The position numbers and the translations under genes are program-made. The notes below the pieces were generated by a model. It had not been told where the DNA came from. It worked only from the letters and a program-made list of their open reading frames with translations, and did not search any database. A DNA stretch of 64,000 bases from Saccharofermentans sp. (GTDB taxonomy: Bacteria > Bacillota > Clostridia > Saccharofermentanales > Saccharofermentanaceae), in the NCBI GenBank assembly GCA_045648465.1, contig JAZROA010000010.1:7317-71316 (forward strand). Reading direction: 5' to 3'. The first letter of the stretch is position 1. Every line of letters starts with the position of its first letter. Positions 1 to 8,150 of this stretch are shown here, piece after piece.

Positions 1-206
1 CTATGTGTGATATATGGGAAGAAGTAAAAAACGAAGGCATTCAGGAAGGCAAAATTGAAGGCAAGATTGAAGGTAAATTGGAAGCCAGCATTGAGAATGC
101 AAAAACGATGTTAAAAGACGGCTCTTTGCCTTACGAGAAAATCGCTGAATTCTCCGGTCTTTCAATAGAAAAGGTCAGAGAACTCGCAGGCAACAAGTCA
201 GCTTAA
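1..206 (+). CDS. 3' end of an Rpn-family (PD-(D/E)XK) recombination-promoting nuclease / putative transposase gene; the 5' part lies outside the window
   Basis: The frame is open from the window edge to TAA at 204-206. The tail KIEGKLEASIENAKTMLKDGSLPYEKIAEFSGLSIEKVRELAG resembles the C-terminal tail of Rpn/YhgA-like proteins (recalled, not searched). Confidence 0.55.
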   Translation, partial: MCDIWEEVKNEGIQEGKIEGKIEGKLEASIENAKTMLKDGSLPYEKIAEFSGLSIEKVRELAGNKSA

Positions 207-325
207 CATCTGCTCTTTTAATGCGTAACAAACCAGAGCGGCTCTTCGATCAGAAGTGCCGCTTATATTATTAGGACTAAGTGATAATTAAGGAATAAAA
301 GGGTATTCAGACTTTTTGGGTGATT

Positions 326-477
326 GATCCATCGCAACCTGCCAGAGTCTTTTTACAGATCAGCCTTTAAGCCGTCAAGGCTGCCTTAAGGCACATTCTG
401 ACGAATGCTGACGGCCTTGACTGCAACCGGCTGATCTGTTTTGGGTGTTCAGGCAGGTTGCGATTAGTATCGATAGT
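326..477 (+). repeat. ~150 nt multi-stem palindromic element, copy 1
   Basis: Nested inverted repeats: CGCAACCTGCC/GGCAGGTTGCG, CAGATCAGCC/GGCTGATCTG and GTCAAGGC/GCCTTGAC, plus two small apical hairpins (TGCC-TTAA-GGCA and CATTC-TGAC-GAATG). About 90% identical to the reverse complement of 44281-44428. Confidence 0.85.
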
Positions 478-662
478 TGTATAGACCGGCACCGACAACA
501 GCTGACAAAAATACCCCCGGATTTGTATCAACGTTTCAGACAAGCACCCGCAAAGTTTGTATGAGAATGTCTAAACCTTGCCGGATTTAGGAGAAATACC
601 TCTGAAAAACCGACAAAAAACCTGCAAGAAATCAGACATCCGGGATAACAGTTCTAAGGCAA

Positions 663-1103
663 TTGGTTTTATTGAATTCCCACATATTGTTTTGCGCAAA
701 AGCATTGCCGGCCTTTACTGATATATTCATAATATGTATGGGTTTTTGTATTAGGGATATAATATACGTAAACGGATCGATACGAACAGACGATTCTGCT
801 TTGGGCAAACTGATGAGCGATTTCTACTGCACCAAAGCAGACGGCATGTACTACAAAGAATTGTCTGACAAAGTCAGACACTATAAGGAATCTGAGGAAG
901 GAGTTAAGACTATGTGTGATATATGGGAAGAAGTAAAAAACGAAGGCATTCAGGAAGGCAAGATTGAAGGTAAATTGGAAGCCAGCATTGAGAATGCAAA
1001 AACGATGTTAAAAGACGGCTCTTTGCCTTACGAGAAAATCGCTGAATTCTCCGGTCTTTCAATAGAAAAAGTCAGAGAACTTGCAGGCAACAAGTCAGCA
1101 TAA
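663..1103 (+). pseudogene. 5'-truncated Rpn-family transposase fragment (C-terminal ~115 aa only)
   Basis: Only residues from about DDSALGKLMSDFYCTKADGMYYKELSDKVRHYKESEEG onward look like the Rpn C-terminal region. The upstream part of the ORF is hydrophobic junk with no RBS. The last 194 nt duplicate 1-206. Confidence 0.5.
910..1103 (+). repeat. Direct duplicate of 1-206 (Rpn 3' end) differing by a 12 nt KIEG-codon indel
   Basis: The match with positions 1-206 is near base-for-base. Copy 1 carries one extra aaaattgaaggc unit. The sequences diverge right after the stop codons. Confidence 0.9.
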
Positions 1104-1129
1104 TTACCGGTAACAATCTAAACATTTAA

Positions 1130-1157
1130 CGGCTCTCTTCCGAGAGCCGTTTTTTTG
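1130..1157 (+). terminator. Rho-independent terminator
   Basis: Hairpin CGGCTCTC-ttcc-GAGAGCCG followed by TTTTTTT. Confidence 0.75.
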
Positions 1158-1233
1158 TTTATCTGCGGGCGATAGAGATAAGAGAAAGAAATTGATGCAG
1201 AAGAGTATTATGCTACATTCCACCAATAACAGT

Positions 1234-1980
1234 TTACTCTTCTTCCTCTACCCTCACATCATAATAGGCATTATTGTAGTCATCGTTTTCAAAGTCATTT
1301 ACGAACTCGGGATGAACTACAAAAGTCTTGCCATTGAAGGTGTGGAGTCTGGCCTGTCCTTTAAAAAAGAGACCCTGACCGCCATAGAAGACCATCTGGT
1401 CTGTTACCTGTTTATAGTCTTCGAGTTTATCTTCAGGGACGTTGCTGATGCCGATATCAGGACGGCCGAATTCTGCCATGCCTCTGGTGTGGATCCAGTA
1501 TGTGCCGTCCTCTTCTGCGCTGAACATTATCATCACATGTTTCTGCGCATTTATCTCCTGATCGAAAAATCTTTCTGTCCAATTTTCAGGTGAATATAAA
1601 GTAAATGTAAGGAGATCCAGGACTCCGGCAGCGCCGTTCTCGACGAGTGCTTCGATTATGCCTATTACATTTCTCATATAATCCAATGTACTGTCGTTTT
1701 CAATACTGCCTTTGAGCACTATGCACTTGTCGGTATCTTTGCACTTGAGATATAGATCACTGTCTGCTTTCATGAGCTGATTGCCGATCTCGCCGCCTAA
1801 GATTCCGTCGATATAATCTGAGTGATCCGGCCTTGTCAAAGATGCAATATCAAGCCCTTCAGGGATTCCATCGACTTTATGCTTCTCTCTTGATACCTGC
1901 AGTTCATCAACTGAGACACCAAAGACCATAAAGAATAAGAAAGGTTTGTATCCGATATCTTCGTAGTATTTTCTTTCCAT
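1234..1980 (-). CDS. Hypothetical acidic protein (248 aa)
   Basis: Long ORF with a GGAG-type RBS region upstream and no motif I recognise. The overlapping plus-strand ORF 1192-1593 was rejected. Confidence 0.6.
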   Translation of the reverse strand: MERKYYEDIGYKPFLFFMVFGVSVDELQVSREKHKVDGIPEGLDIASLTRPDHSDYIDGILGGEIGNQLMKADSDLYLKCKDTDKCIVLKGSIENDSTLDYMRNVIGIIEALVENGAAGVLDLLTFTLYSPENWTERFFDQEINAQKHVMIMFSAEEDGTYWIHTRGMAEFGRPDIGISNVPEDKLEDYKQVTDQMVFYGGQGLFFKGQARLHTFNGKTFVVHPEFVNDFENDDYNNAYYDVRVEEEE

Positions 1981-2213
1981 GTGAGAACTCCTTTCGGCCC
2001 CGGGATTTACATACTGTAATTATATCCTTAATACGATAAACCGATGCCTCTTTGGAAAAAAGGAAAGGCATTTTACATTTGCGCAACAGACATATGTAGT
2101 TCTGTTGCTTAAGCCACACTTCCGCTGTGAATTACTGATTGTTTGCACCCTTCAAGGCGGTGATAATGATGCCATCAACCAAAAACCAAATCTCGTCAAA
2201 GGAGGACAAGACA

Positions 2214-2558
2214 ATGACAACTAACACTAACTACAGAACAATCGAAAAGGAAGAGCTCGAGATCGTATCCGGCGGTACAGTTACAGAATTAGATGAGCTT
2301 ATCACAGCGATGGAAGGTAACGGATTTATCGGAGATGCTTGTGGAGCTATCGGCGGGCATGTACCCGGTGCAAACAATATTGTTGCTTCATTTGTTGAGG
2401 AAATCCTCGATAGACTCTTCGGAATCCAGGCAGATATCAGCCTTGGCTTAGCCGGAACAGGCATCGGTTCAAAGCCCAACACTTATATTGAAAAGGCAAC
2501 CGGCAGAAAGCTCACACACGCAGACGTAATCCAGAAGATCAAATATTACGTCAAATAA
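2214..2558 (+). CDS. Double-glycine-leader peptide precursor (bacteriocin-like, 114 aa)
   Basis: AGGAGG lies 8 nt upstream of the ATG at 2214. The leader MTTNTNYRTIEKEELEIVSGG fits the GG-leader pattern (E-8, L-7, V-4, G-2, G-1). The Gly-rich core is GFIGDACGAIGGHVPG. A strong terminator follows directly. Confidence 0.6.
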   Translation: MTTNTNYRTIEKEELEIVSGGTVTELDELITAMEGNGFIGDACGAIGGHVPGANNIVASFVEEILDRLFGIQADISLGLAGTGIGSKPNTYIEKATGRKLTHADVIQKIKYYVK

Positions 2559-2590
2559 ACAAACCATTTTCATAACTATTCCCCTATTGC

Positions 2591-2628
2591 AAAAGGCGTC
2601 CGGAATCAATTCATCCGGGCGCCTTTTA
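2591..2628. terminator. Bidirectional rho-independent terminator between convergent genes
   Basis: AAAAGGCGTCCGGA...TCCGGGCGCCTTTT, with an A-run on one side and a T-run on the other. Confidence 0.75.
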
Positions 2629-2638
2629 CATGATCTTA

Positions 2639-2968
2639 TTACTTTCTGATAAACTTTTTATCCGCTTCATATTCATCACTGACAAAGCGTTCAACAGTCA
2701 TGTGGAGATCGTATTTCTCTCGCAGTTCAGCAAGCTGCTTCATCATGGGAGATGCGTGATGCTCATCTATGGCTGCCTGATCAACCCATGAGTCGATCAG
2801 AAGCACCGTCTCCGGATCATCAAGAGGAACAAAATACTGATATCGAAGATTGCCTTTTTCACTGCGGATGGCATCAGCTATTCCGGATTGCTCCATCTCC
2901 TGCGCAAATGCTCTTGCGCTTCCATTCTGACCTTTGTAGTACAAATTTACAGTTATCATATTCCGCAC
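2639..2968 (-). CDS. Antibiotic-biosynthesis-monooxygenase (ABM, YgiN-like) domain protein
   Basis: At 109 aa the size fits. The pattern LRYQYFVPLDDPETVLLIDSWVDQAAIDEHHASPHM-like is typical of ABM ferredoxin-fold proteins. Confidence 0.6.
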   Translation of the reverse strand: MRNMITVNLYYKGQNGSARAFAQEMEQSGIADAIRSEKGNLRYQYFVPLDDPETVLLIDSWVDQAAIDEHHASPMMKQLAELREKYDLHMTVERFVSDEYEADKKFIRK

Positions 2969-3166
2969 CCTTATGTTCCAACATTATCATAATTAATAAT
3001 ATACACTTTATACCCCCCCTCTTTCTCGACCTATCTGATAGTATCGTCCTTTGACAGAAGGATCGTTTTTATATTATTAATTGATTTCATATGCAAACAC
3101 CCGTATTTGATCAATTAATTCTTATGTTTTCGATAAAGATTTTTCTATAACATCGATATTTCTACA

Positions 3167-3661
3167 TCACAGCTGAACAATAGTGAAAGACAGGAATGTC
3201 GGCGGATTACCAAGTTCTGATTTAATGCTGAACCCACATATCGGATTGTAACCCGTATATATATCGTGGATTTGCATTGTAATGTCTGTTTTATCTGATG
3301 AAGCGGCCGAGATTCTGTCTATGTGAAGATCCTGCATAGCTTCCGGAGCACCGTCAATTTCAAATGCTCGATCAGAACCAGCTACTATTCCAGCTAACAA
3401 CAATCTAGCAAGTTTTGACAGGTAGTTTTTATCAATAGAGGATAGTTTTGTACCTGCAAAGAAAATATCAACATTATCTTCATTGATTACAAAATCAACC
3501 TGTTCTGGTGTCGATTGATTTCTTACTACACGAAGAATAGGGAAATAAATATCGTTTATGCGTTCAACGTTCTCATTGGCCGCATAAAGCCGTCCTGTAT
3601 ACATCAGCTCAATTAACGCATACAGTTCGCTCCACTCGCCTCTGTTCCCGGTTAGTCGCAT
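3167..3661 (-). pseudogene. HpaII-family type II restriction endonuclease, N-terminal ~45% only
   Basis: The N-terminus NRGEWSELYALIELMYTGRLY and the segment GFSIKSELGNPPT match the R.HpaII family as I recall it (~350 aa). Here the ORF stops after 164 aa and is followed by AT-rich non-coding DNA. Confidence 0.55.
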
Positions 3662-3671
3662 AAACGCCTCC

Positions 3672-4298
3672 CTAGCCTAATACATCTTTAATCTGCTCCG
3701 CTATAGCTTGTATTACATTTACAGTTACACTGTTACCAAACTGCTTATATAAATGAGTATCAGATAATTCCAAAACATAGCTGTCAGGGAAGCCTTGAAG
3801 TCTTGCCCACTCCCTCGGAGTCATCTTTCTGATATCTTCATCATTGATCTTTCCTGAAATATGAGTCTCTGGAATTTTGCTGTGTTCACGATGATCAATG
3901 ATAAGATTTCTTTCTCTTCCCATTCCACCGCAAACAATAGTACCAGCAATACCGTCAAGATCCCTAATTTCGTATCCAAATCCGTTGCCCTTGGCTTCAT
4001 GTCTTGCCTTATGCTTTCTGAGCGTTTCTACATAAACGTCAGAAAGATAGTATCTGGCAGGAACAGGTGCAGCATCCATAATATCAATGATGCATTTCTG
4101 TTTCTTCTGAGCCTTAGGGAAAACAAACTCACCAACATTGAGATCATCCCTAAAAGCTACAATATAGATTCGTTCTCTGTTTTGCGGAACGCCATAATCT
4201 TTACTATTAAGAACCTTCCAAAAAACATGATAACCAATATCCTGGAAAGCTTTACGGATAACACGGAATGTATTGCCCTTAACAATTACAAAGAAAAT
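3672..4298 (-). pseudogene. DNA (cytosine-5)-methyltransferase, C-terminal half only (5'-truncated)
   Basis: The frame is open from 4298 with no start codon. It contains YGVPQNRERIYIVAF (motif VI), a target-recognition region, RKMTPREWARLQGFPD (motif IX) and YKQFGNSVTVNV (motif X). Motifs I-IV (FxGxG, PCQ, ENV) are absent. Confidence 0.8.
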
Positions 4299-4321
4299 TT
4301 ATATTTATTAACTTTTGAGTT

Positions 4322-5236
4322 TTATTGATATTTGATTCGTTTGGTAACAAAGGGGCTGAAATCTATCTTACTTCTCTTTTCTTTAAGTGTTGTTGAATCA
4401 ATATTCAGATCTATTCTCTGATTATTGTCGTTTCTTACTCTTAACCCCTGCTTACCCTTATATAAAGCAATTTGCAGAGTTTTGGCAGGTATTTCAAGAA
4501 TAATCAGTTCAGAGACAAACTGATTATTTAATACAATTGTCCAATCTACATCAACATAAGAAACGTTAGGATTTGCCCAATAATGTTCACTATTTCGTTG
4601 CCTTGAAGCATATGTCCAGTATTTCTTCAATATCACGCCATTCTCTTCAAGAAAAGCCTTAGCCTCACCTTTAGCTCTTATTTCAATTGATTCTTCATCA
4701 GAATTTTTAACCGTCGGTATGAGAGTCGTAACATTTTGCATATTATCAGAGAAAACTGTTACTCCAATCAACTCAAGAAGAAATAAGGCCTCTTCAAGAT
4801 ACTGGTTCAATGAAACCTTATTAAATTTGGATACCTTGGGCGGGTTTCCTTTTACTTTATTATCACAATCAAGAACATTATTCTCTTTTGCTTTTTCGAT
4901 CAATACATACTCAAGATAATCAATGTCAGACTTATTCAATCGATCATCTGAGGTAGTAAGTACTATTACTCTTTCCCACCAACTCTTGCCTACTCTATGT
5001 TGCTGAATTCTCCTCTGTAAATCTGATGCCTGACCCACATATACCATTGATTCAGAAATAAGAAGGTATACACCATATCTGTTACAAGCTTCTGTTTTGA
5101 AAAGATTATCAACAGAGTCTCTAGGTGCAGAATACAGTTCACCTGCATTCCAGCTTGTATCTTCCAAGCTCATTACACCATTAAGAGATCCATCTTCAAG
5201 AAGAAGGTTAATGGTTTTGGCTTTTATATTAGACAT
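4322..5236 (-). CDS. GIY-YIG nuclease family protein with C-terminal extension (DUF4357-like)
   Basis: Contains GVYLL...VYVGQASDLQRRIQQH...W (a GIY-YIG core). The 304 aa ORF ends 24 nt from the truncated methylase frame. Confidence 0.65.
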   Translation of the reverse strand: MSNIKAKTINLLLEDGSLNGVMSLEDTSWNAGELYSAPRDSVDNLFKTEACNRYGVYLLISESMVYVGQASDLQRRIQQHRVGKSWWERVIVLTTSDDRLNKSDIDYLEYVLIEKAKENNVLDCDNKVKGNPPKVSKFNKVSLNQYLEEALFLLELIGVTVFSDNMQNVTTLIPTVKNSDEESIEIRAKGEAKAFLEENGVILKKYWTYASRQRNSEHYWANPNVSYVDVDWTIVLNNQFVSELIILEIPAKTLQIALYKGKQGLRVRNDNNQRIDLNIDSTTLKEKRSKIDFSPFVTKRIKYQ

Positions 5237-5506
5237 ATTCAGGTGCTCCTATTCAAATATATAAAAAAATATTATATTTTGCATGGATCAATTACAAGAT
5301 CTTTAGTTATTTGTTTATACTTTCCTATCAATAAAATAATATTCTAGACCCAGCCATGATCTTCTTTACAAGAATGTACAAAAAAGAGTTGCGTTAATAA
5401 TTCTTCTATAATAGCCCCGTTCAACATAAAGTTCCGTTTGTAAAAGTAAATACAAAACAGCCCAACTGTCCATTTATCTTCATTATTCTCAATATATAAT
5501 AGGGCT

Positions 5507-5827
5507 ATGAGAAGCAATAGAACTAAGACAGATCGACTCAAACTGGTATGGGCAAAAACGAAAGGCGTGTGTGCCCACTGTGGCAATCCGTCTTCAGGGA
5601 GAGGCCGGACTATCGATCATTATGTGCCAAGATCTTATGATGGCGGATATGACATAAGAAATCTGATGCCCCTTTGCAGAAAGTGCAATGCAACTCGTGC
5701 CAATGAACCAATAGATCCATTTGAATTCTATAAGTACGCACCCGAGGAATATTTACTTCAATGCATTGAGTATGAGAACGAGCATAAAAGCAAACGCCGC
5801 AATTTCAATGGTGACGTATTCCTATGA
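5507..5827 (+). CDS. Small HNH endonuclease
   Basis: CAHCG...DHYVPRSYDGG...NLMPLCRKCN (a CxxC...H-N-H...CxxC zinc-finger HNH). Confidence 0.75.
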   Translation: MRSNRTKTDRLKLVWAKTKGVCAHCGNPSSGRGRTIDHYVPRSYDGGYDIRNLMPLCRKCNATRANEPIDPFEFYKYAPEEYLLQCIEYENEHKSKRRNFNGDVFL

Positions 5828-6697
5828 CTGAAACGCCTCTCCTATCCTCTCACATACAAACTCCATGGTATCAGCTGATGGCAGATGGTTTCCTGTTATC
5901 TTGATTAGCTCCGGCATGGTGGCAAATATCTCTTTTGCTCTTGGGAATACTCTGTTTGCCGGGAAGAATATATCGTCATCAGAAGCAAACAGGATTATTG
6001 GTGCAGTGAAGTTTTTGAGATCGTCTTTGCTGAACTCTCTGGGTGGCTTCATTTCCATTTTGTAAGAAGACATCATGAGCTTAAAGAATTCTTCCATCTG
6101 TTCATCGTCTTCAGTGGCCATGAGCTGCATTATCTTCTTAAATGATCTGTCTGACTGTACAAAATAGTATTTGAGCATCGGAAGCGCCATGCTTCTTAAG
6201 ATCGGCATCAGAGAGCCGTGAGCTATTCCTGAAGGAACTACCAGGGCAGCCTTTTCGATCCTTTGGGGTGCAACCTGTGCGAGCGATAAGAGCATCGCTG
6301 AACTGTAAGAAGATACGACAAACGGGATCTTATCTATTTTTAAGATATCCAGTATCTCTACCAGCCACCTGCCGTAATCGTCTTTGTTTGTATTAAGTGT
6401 TCTGTATGGTGCGCTCTTTCCGGGCATTCCGATGACATCAGGCGTTATCAGACAATGATCTCTTAGGAGCGGCAGAAACAATTTAAGATTTAGCGGTGTA
6501 ATCCCGTTGCCGCCGTGAACTGTAAAGATTGGTTTCTTAGTCTCATCGCCGGCAATGATGATGTGTGTCGTTCCATATGAAGTCTCTATATATTCTTCAC
6601 GATACTGGACATTCAAATCTTTCATTGCCCTGTCGTAAAAGCCGAGAATCTTATCCCTGCTTGACTGGTCTTTATAGACAAACTTGCCTCTGCTCAT
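5822..6697 (-). CDS. Alpha/beta hydrolase fold protein
   Basis: HGGNG oxyanion-type motif, a nucleophile-elbow region VVSSYSSAML, and a 291 aa length. Translationally coupled (4 nt overlap) to the upstream TetR gene. Confidence 0.6.
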   Translation of the reverse strand: MSRGKFVYKDQSSRDKILGFYDRAMKDLNVQYREEYIETSYGTTHIIIAGDETKKPIFTVHGGNGITPLNLKLFLPLLRDHCLITPDVIGMPGKSAPYRTLNTNKDDYGRWLVEILDILKIDKIPFVVSSYSSAMLLSLAQVAPQRIEKAALVVPSGIAHGSLMPILRSMALPMLKYYFVQSDRSFKKIMQLMATEDDEQMEEFFKLMMSSYKMEMKPPREFSKDDLKNFTAPIILFASDDDIFFPANRVFPRAKEIFATMPELIKITGNHLPSADTMEFVCERIGEAFQS

Positions 6698-7341
6698 AAG
6701 ATCTGTTGTACGAGCCCCTTCACCAGTAATCTTGTGCTCTTTGTTATGGTCTTGTCGCCGATGACATTCCCGTACATGCCTCCGAACAGGATCATGGTAA
6801 ATGCTCCGCGCATTTCTTCAACGGACAAGCCTTTCTTTTCGATCAGTGATTCTATTATTCCGTTATCTCTTTTCTGTTCTCTGTGTTCTTTAAGTACATC
6901 TTCCGGAAGTTTATCCAGTATCAGAGCCATGCTCTGAGGCTCCAGTAAAACCCTGAGACAGGAATTTTGTGTGATCTCTATCGCACCCATTATCACGTCA
7001 GTGACTTCGTCTACGTATCCCGACAGATCAGTTTTGTTTGTTTTCTTGCTGCCGATGATGTTCTCCATTCCCTGAGTAATATGCGCATTTACCTGCTCAT
7101 GAAGATCCTGCGCACATTCAAATAAGAGCATCTCCTTGGATGGGTAAAAAAGATAAAAGGTTCCCTTTGGGATCCCTGCTCTCCGGACCAGTTCATCCAC
7201 AGTCGTCTTCCTGACGCCCTTCTCACGGATAAGCTCATCGGCACCGTTCTTTAATCTTCTGACTATTTCAAACCGTTCTTCTTCCGAGTATATCTTAGGC
7301 ATGTCTTTCCTCTTTTTGACCGTTTTCGTATTTTTGGTCAT
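6694..7341 (-). CDS. TetR/AcrR family transcriptional regulator
   Basis: N-terminal HTH GVRKTTVDELVRRAGIPKGTFYLFYPSKEML. Confidence 0.8.
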   Translation of the reverse strand: MTKNTKTVKKRKDMPKIYSEEERFEIVRRLKNGADELIREKGVRKTTVDELVRRAGIPKGTFYLFYPSKEMLLFECAQDLHEQVNAHITQGMENIIGSKKTNKTDLSGYVDEVTDVIMGAIEITQNSCLRVLLEPQSMALILDKLPEDVLKEHREQKRDNGIIESLIEKKGLSVEEMRGAFTMILFGGMYGNVIGDKTITKSTRLLVKGLVQQIL

Positions 7342-7475
7342 TATAAAATTGAGGAGATATTCTTGTCAATCTGAGGTTCTTGACAAAAAGGCCGGCTGGG
7401 TGCAAAATGAAACCGATTTCATTTAGTGAAACTCGTTTCATTTTCGAATCACCTGACAGAGGAGGCGGGAAACAC

Positions 7476-8150
7476 ATGCCCAAAGTTACTCAGGAATACT
7501 TTGATAAAAAGAAAGAAATGATAGTAGAGGCAGCTTATCAGGTCTGTCTGAAAAAGCCTGTGGAGATGGTGACGATATCTGATGTCATTGCAGAGACGGG
7601 AATGTCCATGGGAGCTATATACCGCTATTACGACGGACTCGATGAGATCCTGGCGGACATGCTTAAAAAGCTCAGACAAGAATATGACTACTACGACCGT
7701 ATTGAAGAACTATCCAATGAGAAGGATCTGACTTTCGAAGAGATCACATACCGGGTATGTGACATCGTTGGCGAAGTAATGGAAAAACACCTGATGGATA
7801 TTCAGAAGATCAACTTTGATTTCGCTTCTCTTGCAGTGAACAGCCCCGAGAGGATGACAAAGATCATGGAAGGCGCTGCAGGGCAAGGCATCACTGAGAA
7901 AATAGGTATTTATATCTTCCCCAAAATGGTGGAAGCTGCCATGAAACAGGGATACAAAATGAACGGCACGCCTGAAGAGATAGGTGTTTTCATCTCTGCG
8001 GCATTTTCGGGCATTGAGAGGCTTTGCATACTGCAGGCTAATTACGGGTCCGACAGCTATGGAGCAAAGATTGAACCCAAAGTCCTATTCAGAACTCTTG
8101 CCAGATCGGTCATTTTATTATTCGGAGGAAAAATCGATGAGAAAAAATAA
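7476..8150 (+). CDS. TetR/AcrR family transcriptional regulator
   Basis: GGAGG RBS before the ATG at 7476. HTH VEMVTISDVIAETGMSMGAIYRYYDGLDEIL. The longer track ORF starting at 7380 has no RBS. Confidence 0.8.
   Translation: MPKVTQEYFDKKKEMIVEAAYQVCLKKPVEMVTISDVIAETGMSMGAIYRYYDGLDEILADMLKKLRQEYDYYDRIEELSNEKDLTFEEITYRVCDIVGEVMEKHLMDIQKINFDFASLAVNSPERMTKIMEGAAGQGITEKIGIYIFPKMVEAAMKQGYKMNGTPEEIGVFISAAFSGIERLCILQANYGSDSYGAKIEPKVLFRTLARSVILLFGGKIDEKK

Noticed and set aside
7984-8136. N-terminal extensions proposed by the ORF track (also 7380-7475, 55464-55589, 36399-36419, 47150-47191, 27760-27798)
   Set aside because: In each case an internal ATG preceded by a GGAGG-type RBS starts exactly at the recognisable domain or signal peptide. 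The extensions overlap upstream genes or promoters.
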